DNA of 63,805 bases, filler included, from Octopus bimaculoides (Eukaryota), in the NCBI RefSeq assembly GCF_001194135.2. It is 5 parts of 5 records of this genome, joined end to end, with 100 filler letters (N's around TTAATTAATTAA, not from the genome) between each part and the next. Parts side by side here need not be neighbours in the genome. Positions count along the whole stretch, not along the records: positions 50,653 to 60,861 come from NC_068998.1; positions 60,962 to 63,805 come from NC_069006.1; 3 more parts are not named here. One strand, given 5' to 3'. Shown one piece after another: positions 51,888 through 63,805 of this stretch. The translations under genes and the position numbers were made by a program. The notes under the pieces were generated by a model, which did no database searches, had not been told where the DNA came from, and saw only the letters and a program-made list of their open reading frames with translations. The stretch's first letter is position 1, and each line of letters opens with the position of its first letter.

Positions 51888-52809
51888 CATTATTATTATT
51901 ATAGTTTCAAACATTTCCAAAAAGAGATAAATTTTAGGGGATAGTATAATCAATAAATTCAATTCAAGAATTTGATGATGTTTATTTATTCAATCTCATA
52001 CCCTAGTAAGATTTGAACTCAGAAAATAAAAGTACACAACTAAATATTACAAAGAATTTAGTCCAAGGCTATATCATTTCCACTGTCTGCTGCCAGTATC
52101 ATAACAGTATTTATCATATGAGAATCATTATATTATATATTATTGTATATTGTATTATTGATCAGTGATAATAACACATGAAATTATGAGATACACTCAT
52201 AAACAATATGCAGATAAGTAATAAAGAAAGGTAAGTGGACAGACAGACATGAGTGATCAATACACACATCTACATAAAAACACAAACACATCAGTATGCA
52301 CAAATGTACATACTTGTATGCATACATAAAACCACACATGTACACACACACCTACGTATAGAGGCTACAAAGCAAATAATGGTAATACCTATCTTTAGCA
52401 TTCAATAAACTTTCCATGCCTTTATTTACACACTTGCAATGCAATTAAAATATGTAAAGAGTTTCGTAGGCTGACATCTGAGAATACAAATTGCTTTTAT
52501 AGATATCAATAATTTGTATACTGATATACATCTATACATCTATACATACACACACACATATCTCAGAGAATAATTTCTTTTCCGTATTAAAGATAGGGTG
52601 ACACAAAGCGCTTGTTTTGATGAAATGGAACTATCCAGAACTAGCTAAAAATTATTCACTGCTTATCAACCATGTTATTTCTATTGACTGCAACTTTCTG
52701 ATGCATATATACAACAGAAAATAGCATAGTGGTTAAGTAAGTTAAGCTTACTAGCTTCATAATGTGTTGTGGAGATAAACTGAGTAACAGGTATACATTC
52801 TTGTCCATT

Positions 52810-53000
52810 TATTGTTTTGTCCTTTTACTTGTTTCAGTCATTTGACTGTGGTCATGCTAGAGCACCACCATAAAATGTTATAGTCGAAGAAATCAACCCC
52901 AGGACTTATTCTCACCTAGTACTTATTCTATCAGTCTCTTTTGTCAAACTGCTAAGTTATGGGGACATAAACACACCAGCATTGGTTGTTAAGCGATTGT
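52810..53000 (-). mobile_element. SINE 3' portion
   Basis: Matches the family at 22960-23140. Confidence 0.7.
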
Positions 53001-53021
53001 GTGTGTGTGTGTGTGGGGGGG

Positions 53022-53106
53022 AGAAACACAGGAAACAAAATAGAAGCACAGGAAACAAAATAGAAACATGGGAAACAAAATAGAAACACAGGGAACAAAA
53101 TAGAAG
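53022..53106. repeat. 20-bp minisatellite agaaacacaggaaacaaaat, four units plus a partial
   Basis: Direct read. Confidence 0.9.
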
Positions 53107-53595
53107 AGTTGGAGTAGTTTTCAATGAACACAGAGATCAGAGGTTCATCTTGTCACTGATGCTAGATCCACTTAGCTCTAAGCTTCTGTAGCCACTGCAG
53201 GGCAACTCTGATTGAACAGACTTGTAATCAAAGGCATTCCAGCTGTTGCATCTCACTTTTTTTAAGGGTATGTAGGGCTACAATATTTAATGTGTTCATT
53301 TTTTATTTAAAACAGTAGCATGTGATTTGAGGAAGATTTAGCAGCTATGTCTCACAGGTTTCCTTGTTGGCTTGCCTAGTTCTAAGTATGTACCACAGGC
53401 TGGTAGCTACTATGTCACAGCAAGTACTAGCATTGGTTAGTTTGCAGTACTGAGCTCAGTTCCTTACTATCTGTGGTAATCTAACATCCTATTAAGAAAG
53501 AGATCTATTTCTTTATCACTTAACATTTCAAAGACCACAGTTAAAAGTAAACCTCATGATTCTTATGGTCTGGAAACACTTAATAGAGTGGTTAC

Positions 53596-53770
53596 CTTTC
53601 ACCCAGAGATCATCTCTTAAAGCTTCAGCAAGCAGCATAGCACCATGGTCTCCAATCATTGGGTTATCATTTAGTGTAATCCGACGTAACCCGGTCATGC
53701 ATTCTAAATCTGGTTGACGGTAGCGTAAACTGTTTTTCCAAGCTTCATTGTGACGGACCAATGATTGATG
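53596..53770 (-). CDS. CEP78: Internal coding exon of centrosomal protein CEP78 (LRR region): HQSLVRHNEAWKNSLRYRQPDLECMTGLRRITLNDNPMIGDHGAMLLAEALRDDLWVK
   Basis: Matches the recalled CEP78 signature W..SLRYR.PDLD.M.GLRRITLN.N..IGD.GA...A..L..DLW; polypyrimidine-AG acceptor at 53772-53771 and GTAACC donor at 53595; 175 nt, phase 0 in and phase 1 out. Confidence 0.9.
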
Positions 53771-54991
53771 CTAAAGAGGAAAAGAAAAATATTATATTAT
53801 TTTTAGCATATAACAGATAACGCACTTAGAAAAACTAGTATCTATGCCAAGCAGTTTAGTGAACTGTCAAACATAGAAAGAAATGTGTAAAAAAAGGAAT
53901 CATGAAATATACCTTTAAGAATATCAATCCGTTAATTCTACAGAATAGAAATTTAACCTTACTCTCAAATAACATTGGAGAGATCATAAAAGTCTGGTGC
54001 AAATAGAATCATGTATCTTTCAGCTAGGTTTCTCATATATTAAGAAATTGCCTGAATAAATTACTTGGCAATAAATCTATAAGATAAATATAACCTGCCA
54101 CAGAATATATGAATTAATTCAACATAAGATTACTGTATTAGTCTCAAGAGAGGTAGTTGACAATTCTGCCTTGCAATGTTTTCTTTTTATTCTGACATTG
54201 AGAAAATATGTTTTTATTCTATGAGACCTAATTGCAGCTAAAAGAAGGTTTGCATGGGGAGAGATTAAAAGATAATATTTGCCAAGAAAATATTGTAAGT
54301 AAATCCAATGACTTATACTTCAGTGCTGAAAAATAAGAATATATATATTTAACTTCGCATTTTTTAAATTTTATTTATTTGTTTTTTTTTTTTTAGAACA
54401 ATGCTCATATATATATATTCTTCTATAGAATTAATCTGATTAAGTAACCTGCTCAAAGAGAAAATAAATTGATGCATAACCTTAAAGAAAAGTAACGAAA
54501 TTATTCATGAGCCCAAAGAGACAATGAACTAAGTCATAAGTTCAAAGAGACAAATGTCTCTTAAAACTCATGAAGTTGCATAGCTCTGGTTTCATAAAGT
54601 TAGAAAGATAAATGATAAATCAATCCTGGATAAGATTCCAATCAATTTCAAGCAACATTTCTAGGAGAGCCAGTACCTGTTTCCAACAGCTATGAAAATT
54701 GAAGCATGTTGAATTAATTTACTACCCAAACACACAATTAAATATCTACAGTGGATTTGAACTTCGGACCACTGTGTTGACCTTCCAGTACCTAATCCAG
54801 TGAGCCACTTTTACATTTACCCACTTTGGTTGGATATTTATCTTATTCTGTGAATAAGAAGCCACAATGACAAATATTTGGTGATAATTGTTTAAAAATA
54901 AGTATCTTATCTTTATTAGTTTTGTATCTTATCTTTATGACTAAATTTTAACTGAGTGCAATAAGATTAACTTCACTCACTAACAAAATCA

Positions 54992-55232
54992 CAGTCATAG
55001 CCAAAAATTTGGAACATTATTTAAAAAATTAAAATTGTTATGCCCTAGTACAATTTGATTCAAATATATACAATGTATATATTTGGGCATTTAATAAAAA
55101 AATTTTAATTTTCAGACCTATGTTCCAAACTTTTGACCAAGAAATAATATATTGCAAATTAAACATAACTTTAGGCATTTCATATAAAAATTCTGATTTT
55201 GGACCAATGTTCCAAACTTTTGGCCATGACTG
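54992..55232. mobile_element. Tc1-derived MITE (about 240 bp)
   Basis: TIR cagtcatagccaaaaatttggaacatt versus aatgttccaaacttttggccatgactg followed by TA; internal partial TIR copy near 55121-55140. Confidence 0.8.
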
Positions 55233-55379
55233 TACATAACAAAGGAGTAGATTAAATCAGACCACTTCTTCCTGAAGTCATCATCATTCTCATAAACTTC
55301 AGTATACACAACTATCCTTGGTTAAGTGCACTCATTCAGCTAATTCAAAAACCAAATCATTGCAAACAGTCTGCACTAG

Positions 55380-56190
55380 TTAGTATTCTCATTTACCTGT
55401 AATTCTAATGAACATTCCAACTCTCAAAGCATTTCTATCTATCTCTCACTTTCAAACTCAATCTTCAACCAGTTGTCCCCATCTCCAATACCTAATCTCT
55501 TGCTCTGCTATATCACACATCAGTAAAAAAAAAAAAAAAGCACTGCTTTTGCTGATGTTTTGAATTCTCAAAAATCTTCAATGATGCCTGGCAAAAGAAC
55601 TTCCAAACTAAGCTACACACTTATATGATTCATTTGTCTCCCATATCTTAGATTGGGAATTTTCAAATGTACATTGATGGAACTTACTCTAACCCACATT
55701 TTATCAAACCCATGGTAGGGTTACTCTAATAGAAATCCAACAACCAAGTCTTCAAACAGTTTGAAGACACAATCATTGCATGAAAATTATCTTGCACTAC
55801 AACTATCCAATCCCTTAAAGTTACACATATGCTAGGTTCCAAAATTTTTGATGATCTTTCATAATAACTTCAAAATATATTGTTGGGTTGAGCTAACTCA
55901 GATTTCTCAATTTTTCTGTGGCTGAATCATATATATGATTGCCAGTTCTATAAATGTAAAAACCTAAATGTATCTGATCAATATTGTTGATGTGATTCTA
56001 TCTTCCGGTATCTTGCAAATTTCAGCGATAATCATTGCTTTAACTGATTCCTCTGCTGAAACTGTACATTCACCATGCTGCTTCTCACAGTTTCACACAT
56101 GGATAATTGCCAAAATCTACATCTTAAAGTCTAGAATTCTTCTTCAAGGTCAGAAAATACTTCAGCTCTAATAACTTGCTAATCATCAAT
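55380..56190 (-). mobile_element. Highly degenerate LINE RT remnant
   Basis: Weak motifs GFDKMW (cf. AFDKV) and NLRYG (cf. NLRYADD); many stops. Confidence 0.35.
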
Positions 56191-56366
56191 GAAGCTCAAA
56201 TGTGACTCACCTTACAGTACAGATCACAGTGGCATAGTACGAGTATGTGCCACCAAGAGAAGCCCTTGATTTTGTTATCCCTAGCCTATACAGGCTTATG
56301 CAGCAGACTGTTCCCAACTCCCCAACCTCCAGCTTTGCTATTGCAGAAATCAGAATAAGTTCTGGC

Positions 56367-56513
56367 TCAACCCTTTTGTTACCATATTTGTTTTGAAATA
56401 CACATCCTTCGTTTCAATTAATTTTTAAAATGAAGAGTTTAATAAGATAACATGATCATTATTAAACTGGTTTTTGGAACATAAATTAGCGTGAACTTTT
56501 AACGGAAGGTTAA
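56367..56513. mobile_element. Possible piggyBac-type MITE
   Basis: Ends aacccttttgttacc and taacggaaggttaa resemble TTAA-CCC termini. Confidence 0.4.
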
Positions 56514-56924
56514 GGAAGAATCAGGGGCAGTCTGAGGCAGGTTGGTGTTGAAAGGGATAATGAGCCAGTAAGCTCAAGACAGTGGTATGAATACAGTGTC
56601 CACTGTTTAGGACACCCACTGAGTTTGCTGCACCCTATACAAGCTTACACAACAGACCCAAAAGTGCCACCCGCATAAAAGTGTCGGCCAGGGCTGGATT
56701 AAGACCCATAGAGGCCCTAAGCACTTAAACGGTTTTGGTGCCTTCAAGTATATATAAATGGTTCAAAATGTAAACAAAAATAATTCAAAATATAAATGAT
56801 AATAAACCATAAAATAAATTTTTAATTCTTAAAATGAAACAAAATTCACAGTAAGATGGACAATAATGTTCATTTTTGTATGCTTCCATTTTGTTTATAT
56901 TTGAAAAGTTTTTGTTTTTTTGTG

Positions 56925-57179
56925 CCGGTGGCATGTAAAAAGACACCATTTGAGCGTGGCCGTTGCCAGTACCGCCGGACTGGCCCTCATGTCGGTGGCA
57001 CGTAAAAAGCACCCACTGCACTCTCGGAGTGGTTGGCATTAGGAAGGGCATCCAGCTGTAGAAATTCTGCCAGATCAGATTGGAGTCTGGTGTAACCATC
57101 TAGTTCACCAGTCCCCAGTCAAGTCGTCCAACCCATGCTAGCATGGAAAGCGGACGTTAAATGATGATGATGATGATGA

Positions 57180-57180
<1 letters not shown>
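56925..57180 (+). mobile_element. SINE-like repeat with (GAT)n tail
   Basis: ggtggcacgtaaaaagcacccact..ggagtggttggcattaggaagggcatccagctgtagaaa; related to 58420-58550 (-) and 59630-59955 (+). Confidence 0.75.
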
Positions 57181-57232
<52 letters not shown>

Positions 57233-58639
57233 TGTATATATATCAATAACATTGTGTTTATGAATGTGTTTATATGTATTTATGCATTTTTATGTGTGTG
57301 TGTGTACACAAACATTGTGAATGTAGGAATATATGTTTATATCTACAAAAGTGTATGTATGTATATGCATGTATATATGCAAGCATTGGGGGGGGGGGAG
57401 GCGCACGTTAGTGCATGTCTGTGTAGATGTATGTTTATATAAGGTATGATTACATGTGTTTTTGTATTCATATATTTATATGTGTATATGACAGACAGAA
57501 GGGGAGAGAGGGAGAGGGGGGGAGAGAAAGAGACAGACAGATGGACGGACGGATAGACAGAGAAGGAATCAGAGTATGTGTGAGAAGAAGCAGCAGCAAC
57601 AGGCCGCAATAGCCACCCTTCCACCAACACTATTGATAACCTCCCCACTACAATTATTGACTTGTTTGTGTTGGCAGAAAATCTAAAATATCTTCAGAAA
57701 GAGGAAGGAAAACAAAGATGTGACATTTTTATGCCTTTCTTAAGGGATAATAGTAACAATGTAAAGTGTATAAAAAAAGGAGTACAATTGCTGCAATCTC
57801 TCCCTACTCTGCTTGCAATTGAAAGCCATGGCAACATCACCAGCTCTCCAATCCCTGTGACCATCCCATCCAGGAAAATTCGCAGGAGAGGTGACTGGCC
57901 ACAACTCAACAAACGTTTTGACACATGATTGATGAATTATAGCTTTTAAGTATCTTGAATGCCCATTGGGTATCAACAAACATAGTGAGAGTATGTGGGT
58001 GGGTGTGAGGAAGAAAGGAGAGAGACTGTTTCTACTATGATTTATTGTATTCTTCGTGTCCACATACCCCCACAGCAGCCAAAACTATCAGTTTAGTGGG
58101 GGGAGGGAGAAACTATTTACTTAACCTATACATTTTATTCAAGAGGGTTTAACCAATGTTTTATATTTTTTATCTTTTACTTGTTTCAGTCATTGGACTT
58201 GGGGCATGATAGGGTGGGTGGAGATGTTGAGGCACTGCATTGAAGGTTTTGTTTTAGTCAAACTTGGTACTCATACTATTGATCTCTTTTGCAGAACTGC
58301 TTAGTTACAAGAACATAAAGAAATCACCCCAGTTGTCAAGTAGTAGTGGATGACAATCACACACACAACATTTTTCTCGAACTCTTTAGTATTCAGATTT
58401 CTTCTGTTAAATCATCATCATCATTTAACGGCCATTGTCTATGCTGGCATGAATTGGATGGGCTGACATGCTGTACCAGACTCTAGTCTCATTTGGCACA
58501 GTTTTCTATGGTTGGATACCCTTCCTAAAACCAACCACTCTGAGACTGTAAAATCAAATTCTCTGTTAGAATGAATTTTTTGTTAGTTGTGCCTTGATAA
58601 TGATAATGACTGCATGAAGCTTTTATATCATACCACAGT

Positions 58640-59340
58640 ACAATAGTTATCAAAGGGTAACTGTGTTGTTCATTTTCTTGAACTTGTTTGATACAATAGC
58701 GGATTTTTTTCAGAATACTTCACTAACCACTTCTCTGATTGTTTCAAAATGTGATACCTTTTCCTGAGTGACATCTTCGCCAAACTAAATGATCTCAGTA
58801 TGTTATTGCATGGGAATCAAAAAACATTTGTCGATTCTAAATCGTCCATTACTGCCTGCATTTCTAAATTAGCACTATATAAGATGAACATTTCAAGATG
58901 TCAATACCACCAGTTTCAATGATTTAATAGCTTGAAAGATGAATTGGTTGAAGACAATATCATTACATATTGCGATTATTTACAATCATTGTATGATGAC
59001 ATGGTACAGCGATTTCAGGATATTATCACATTGCCTGTTCCAGTTGGTTATAACAGCCTGTTTGAAGTCCAAGTAATTGATTGCAAAGATGATGTGCAGG
59101 AAGAATTGTTAGATTTATTATGCAGTATTGGCTTCTCAGTAAATATGGCTTGTGATATCATCAAAGTATAATGACATCCCTATCTACAGAAGCACTTGAA
59201 GTTGATTTTGTTTGCCTTCCCAATGTCCTACTTGGTAGAAGCTGGATTCGGCCATATTAATACCTTGTTATCTAGAGGTGGATATAATCAAGTGAGGTGA
59301 CTTGTGGTTAAAAAGTAACTAATTTTAAACCAAATGTATC
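58640..59340 (+). mobile_element. hAT (Charlie-type) transposase C-terminal remnant
   Basis: LSDIFAKLNDLSMLLHG; YLQSLYDDMVQRFQDI; FPMSYLVEAGF. Confidence 0.75.
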
Positions 59341-59386
59341 TGCACTGGCTGCATCACACCAGACACAGGGGTCACACTGATGATAC

Positions 59387-59429
<43 letters not shown>

Positions 59430-59629
59430 GTCAATTCAATAAACGAATTAAAAAAATGTATTTTAAAAAACGGATGAGAGGACATGCACAAAAAATGTAT
59501 TAGCTTGACATTCAGTGAAAGTAGTGAGTTTGATGTTTTGAGCATAGCTCTTTGTTGGAAAGGAGAAAGGGAAAAGTTCAAAGATGGAAAAGAAATCACT
59601 AAAGACAGTGTTGCTATATAAAAAAAGCT

Positions 59630-59955
59630 AGTGCTGGTGCCACATAAAAAGCACTAGTAATGGCACCATGTAAAATGCACTGGTAATAGTACCATGTAAA
59701 AAGCACTGGCAATGGTGCCATGTAAAAAGCACTGGTGATGGTGCCATGTAAAAAGCACTGGTGATGGTGCCATGTAAAAAGCACCCACTACACTCTGTAA
59801 AGTGGTTGGTATTAAAAACGACATCCAGTCATAGAAACCATGCTAAAACAGTCTATATGGAACCTGGTGCAGCTCCTGGACTTGCTACCTCCTGTCAAAC
59901 TGCCCAACCAATATCAGCATGGAAAACAGATATGAAATGGTGATAATGATGATGA
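59630..59955 (+). mobile_element. SINE-like repeat with about six tandem 27-bp units (gtgccatgtaaaaagcactggtgatg)
   Basis: Direct read; same family as 56925-57180. Confidence 0.75.
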
Positions 59956-60001
59956 TATTATTTACACTGGACAGATAGGTGTCCTCACTAAAATTCCACC
60001 A

Positions 60002-60046
60002 GGACACCTGATGAAGGCTGGAGAGTAAATCAGCTGAAACATTGTG
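60002..60046 (+). ncRNA. Degenerate hammerhead-like motif enclosed by a 15-bp stem
   Basis: ggacac CTGATGA a ggctg [10 nt] cagct GAAA cattgtg; stem III degraded. Confidence 0.45.
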
Positions 60047-61124
60047 GTAACAACAAACAAGGTGAGGACACCTATCCATCCAATGTAAATAATGTACATA
60101 ATTCTTCATCTCTAAAATATAGAACAATGATGATGATATTAGTGTGGGATAAAAGTCATGTACAGAATACATTCAATACATTGAGGAATTGTCAAAGACA
60201 TGCTTCAAACACACACACACACAACTTGGACATTTACACTTTACTGTATCTAACAGTTGGTTAGTTCTTACAGGTTATAATAGAAGTGTCCAATTTTCAA
60301 TAATTTTTTTTTTTATTCTATTCCCTATCTTCCACAAATTCTTGCTGGAATTGAAAAAGGGCATTTTGTTTGTTTTTCTTTCACTCTCTCTCTCTCTCCC
60401 TCTCTCTCCCTCTCCCCCCTCTCTCTCTCTTGAGACTTCTTTGTGTGAGACACACATATACATATGAGCATATCCACTTATATGTTAATGTACATCTATG
60501 CATGTGTGTGTGTGTGTATGCATGCATGCATTTATGTCAGCATGTGTACATTAGTGTATGCATGTGTGCAGGTATGACTATCTGTGTGTGTGTGTGTGTG
60601 TGTCTGCTGTATAAATGATGTCTCTACATACATGTTAACGTATGCCTATACATGTATGTGTGTATGCATGTGCATGTGAGTAAGTGTGCATGCTTATATT
60701 AGTGTTTGCATGTGTGAATGTATGACTATATCTGTGTTCGTGAGTATGCAGTTATATGTATGATACATAAATATGTGCATACGTGCATGTTAACGTATGT
60801 CTATACACGTATGCGTATGCATATATGTGTGTGTGTGTGCACTTGTATATTAGTGTTTGTANNNNNNNNNNNNNNNNNNNNNNNNNNNNNNNNNNNNNNN
60901 NNNNNTTAATTAATTAANNNNNNNNNNNNNNNNNNNNNNNNNNNNNNNNNNNNNNNNNNNNTTTTCTACTGTAATTTTCTGCATTTTCGTGCAGCTGAAG
61001 ATTGCTCTTCATATTGCATTTAATGTAATGCTCGCATTACTTAAATAAATTGGAGTAGCATGAAACGTGCGTACTGCAATCACCTTTGAAATCCGTGTTG
61101 CTTATTTTTTTTATTTTGATCACC

Positions 61125-61164
<40 letters not shown>

Positions 61165-61369
61165 CTGACATACCCTGTCATTTCCAGAATAGCGTGTCTT
61201 ATCCTTTGGTCCCATTCTCATAACTGCTTCGTTAATCCAATAGCAGCAATACAAAGTATGTAGCCCTTAAAACGGTTTTTGTGTATTTACAGAGAATACC
61301 GAAGAGCCTTATATAGGATCTTGTTTTTAGGAAATCCCAATAAGTTATGAATACCCAAATTTATAGGAC

Positions 61370-62400
61370 ACTGTGTATGAAAACGAAGAGGATAGCGTTG
61401 GCATCCAGGGATGCCATCGAGGAATGCCCAAAACCAATATGGAGCAGAATTGAGTACAGGAACAGAGGGAAGAGGTTTGGCACGGTAGAGGTGCGATTCG
61501 CCTCAGAGAAGTAATAACCTTAAAGTCGACAAAGATAATGCTGCTGCCAACTTATCTCGGAAAAATCACGGCTAAAATCTCCATCGAAGGAATTTCACCA
61601 GAAATTAAGACGGAGTGACTGATACCAGCTGTATTTGTTAATATAAATGTAAACATCCTTCAAACTTCCGAAAACGGTAAACAGAACTGGTGCTGAAAAA
61701 GTTTAAGCCTAATAATTCAAGCCACTACTAACGATCTGGAAAAAATGTCAGAATTTGTTGTATTACCAGACAACAATAAATCAAGGAAAATGGTTCAGGG
61801 CAGAAGACCAAGGTGCTTCAAGTGCGGTCTAAAATGACACATGAAGGCAACGTGCCCCCACGACCTGAAACTTAAAGTACACCCGGCTACAAACAACCCA
61901 GCACAGCCAGACAGCCAGAAGGAGGAAAAGGAAACTTACACATCACAGACAGACAAACAATATGAAGAGAGGACATTGACCTCTGTGTTTAACTCTCCAT
62001 GAAAGAAGATAAGCAAGAAGACCATATCAGGGAAGCCTATGGGGAAAAAGGAAGGGACCCAGAAACAGACACCAAAATATATGCCATCAACCTCAAATGA
62101 GGCCAGTAACGAAGATTGGACTATGGTTAAGAGGAAAAGGTAAACGAAAAACAACCTACCTCACACCGACATAAATAAATCAAGCATACAAAATCCAGCA
62201 TCCACAACATTGACACACACATCTTACTCGCACACACATAATTTACACACAAGACACAAAAAACGTTCTCCTTTCTATCCAAGAGATCTAATTACTATTC
62301 CCTCACTCAGGACATAACACCACCAGTATCACCCAGAAAACCACCTTTGCCACATACTGAGATTCATGCATCGACCCCCTTCCACAACTGAACACATAAC
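61370..62400 (+). mobile_element. LINE ORF1 (gag-like) remnant, probably L1/Tx1-like
   Basis: CCHC knuckle GRRPRCFKCGLK*HMKATCP; EDWTMVKRKR. Confidence 0.65.
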
Positions 62401-62554
62401 GTGCTCAAAACTATTGCATAGTTTTTACATTAATTGCTACCTCTTCTCGAACTGCGATTGATATGCTGTTCAAAATTATTTGTTATTCTCAGTAATTCAT
62501 TAGGAACTCTATGTCATCCCTTGGTGATTAAAGAGAATTCATATTTGTGCATGT

Positions 62555-62845
62555 GGAGGCGCAATGGCCCAGTGGTCAGACCAGCGGACTCGCGGTTTCG
62601 ATTCCCAGACCGGGCGTTGTGTGCGTTTATTGAGCGAAAACACCTAAAGCTCCACGAGGCTCCGGCAAAGGGGGGGGTGACTCCTGTTGTACTCTTTCAC
62701 CCCAACTTTATCTCACTCTTTCTTCCTGTTTCTTGAGTAAAGCTGCGATGGACTGGCGTCCCGTCCAGCTGGTGGGGGGAACACATACGCTATAGAAACC
62801 GGGAAACTAGCTATGAGATTGGCTACGCTTTGAAAGGGCACATAA
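62555..62845 (+). mobile_element. tRNA-derived SINE with a MetaSINE-like central domain
   Basis: A box tggcccagtgg, B box ggtttcgattccc; ctgcgatggactggcgtcccgtccag..gctatagaaaccggga resembles the recalled Meta domain. Confidence 0.6.
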
Positions 62846-63507
62846 ATTTTTAAAAAAATATTTGTGTATGTTTTGTTAACAAAGAAAATAAAGAAGGAAA
62901 AAACTTAAAAACATATTTTCAGCAAGGATTACGCTATGATTCTTATTTTTTAACAACTATCAAACAGATGGCTAGATTTCAAAACCAGGCGTGCAATTAA
63001 ACGGTCGTCTAATAGGCTTGATTTTATCGTTGTATATTTTCAGGAATGTAGATAAAAATTTATCATTGCACTTTATGTTTGACACTATTCTGGATTCCTG
63101 ACTTGAATACCTTCTTGCAATTTATGATGGATATTATTCTGGATTACTTTTACCTTTAATAGATTCACTATCTTATTTTCTAATTTGTTATTTATACAAT
63201 CATATTTTCTCCACGCATTTTCTTCATACGCTTTCATACTCATCGTTCTTTACAGATTTTTCACAAGTTTTTATATGTATATGTATGTATTTTCTAATAA
63301 CTTCAGATATTTTGTACTGAAAGCCCTGGTAGTTTAGTATGTATTTATTCATGTCCAACACGGTGTAAATATATGGGGATGATATAAAGTTGCTCGCCCA
63401 ATATACATGTTTTATTTTTTAACCACTGAGTTTATATATATATACATATATATATGTATGTGAGTGTGTACTTGGAAATAGATGCGTTGCGTTAAATTAA
63501 ATAATAT

Positions 63508-63544
<37 letters not shown>

Positions 63545-63557
63545 GATACACACACAC

Positions 63558-63749
63558 ATGGGTATAGGATGTCACCAACAGTACAACGAATTTGAAATAC
63601 GTAAAGAGTTCATTGCTCGGAATAACGAATAGATAGAGAGCCGACAACTGTTGAAGGGTCCTTTCTGTGTGCTTATTTCTGGTTTCCGTTTATTCTCGTT
63701 CTTTACGTATTTCATGTAATTTGCACCGTTGATGACGTCCTGTACCCAT
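63558..63749. mobile_element. About 190-bp element with about 49-bp imperfect terminal inverted repeats
   Basis: atgggtataggatgtcaccaac..tgaaatacgtaaag versus ctttacgtatttca..gttgatgacgtcctgtacccat. Confidence 0.7.
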
Positions 63750-63755
63750 ATATGC

Positions 63756-63805
<50 letters not shown>

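Noticed and set aside
53912-53970. Minus-strand donor-like site ending in ...FLK, as a possible previous CEP78 exon
   Set aside because: Upstream translation (ESKVKFLFCRINGLIFLK) lacks the CEP78 LRR motif and has no convincing acceptor
57662-57928. 88-aa plus-strand ORF and overlapping 76-aa minus-strand ORF
   Set aside because: No recognisable motif or splice signals; probably a degraded repeat
59635-59790. Tandem 27-bp units as a possible CRISPR-like array
   Set aside because: No unique spacers, eukaryotic context, and the units are an expansion inside a SINE-like repeat
395-61000. Numerous long ORFs rich in YI, CV, TH, poly-N/I/Y or X
   Set aside because: Products of microsatellites and N gaps, with no coding signal

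Overview
AT-rich, microsatellite-laden eukaryotic scaffold with several large N gaps. It is most likely a cephalopod (octopod) genome, inferred from the SINE families and repeat content rather than proven. Only one host coding exon is well supported: a 175-bp internal exon of CEP78 on the minus strand (53596-53770). A few weak exon candidates exist elsewhere. The rest is degenerate mobile DNA: RTE, Jockey/CR1-group, L1/Tx1 and R4/Dong-like LINEs, Penelope-like elements (PLE), mariner/Tc1 and hAT remnants, MITE-like elements and many tRNA-derived SINEs. The strongest unexplained signal is a set of eight minimal type I hammerhead-ribozyme-like motifs in unrelated flanks. Two have intact catalytic cores and share a palindromic TCGA stem III loop. 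Several lie inside inverted-repeat (foldback) elements, including a 568-bp near-perfect palindrome with a ribozyme motif on each arm. Also notable are a (CCCTAA)n telomeric tract inside a Tx1-like LINE, a cluster of R4/Dong-like copies bounded by (TAA)n, and interleaved inverted repeats. All alignments and folds were done by eye, and TE boundaries are approximate.
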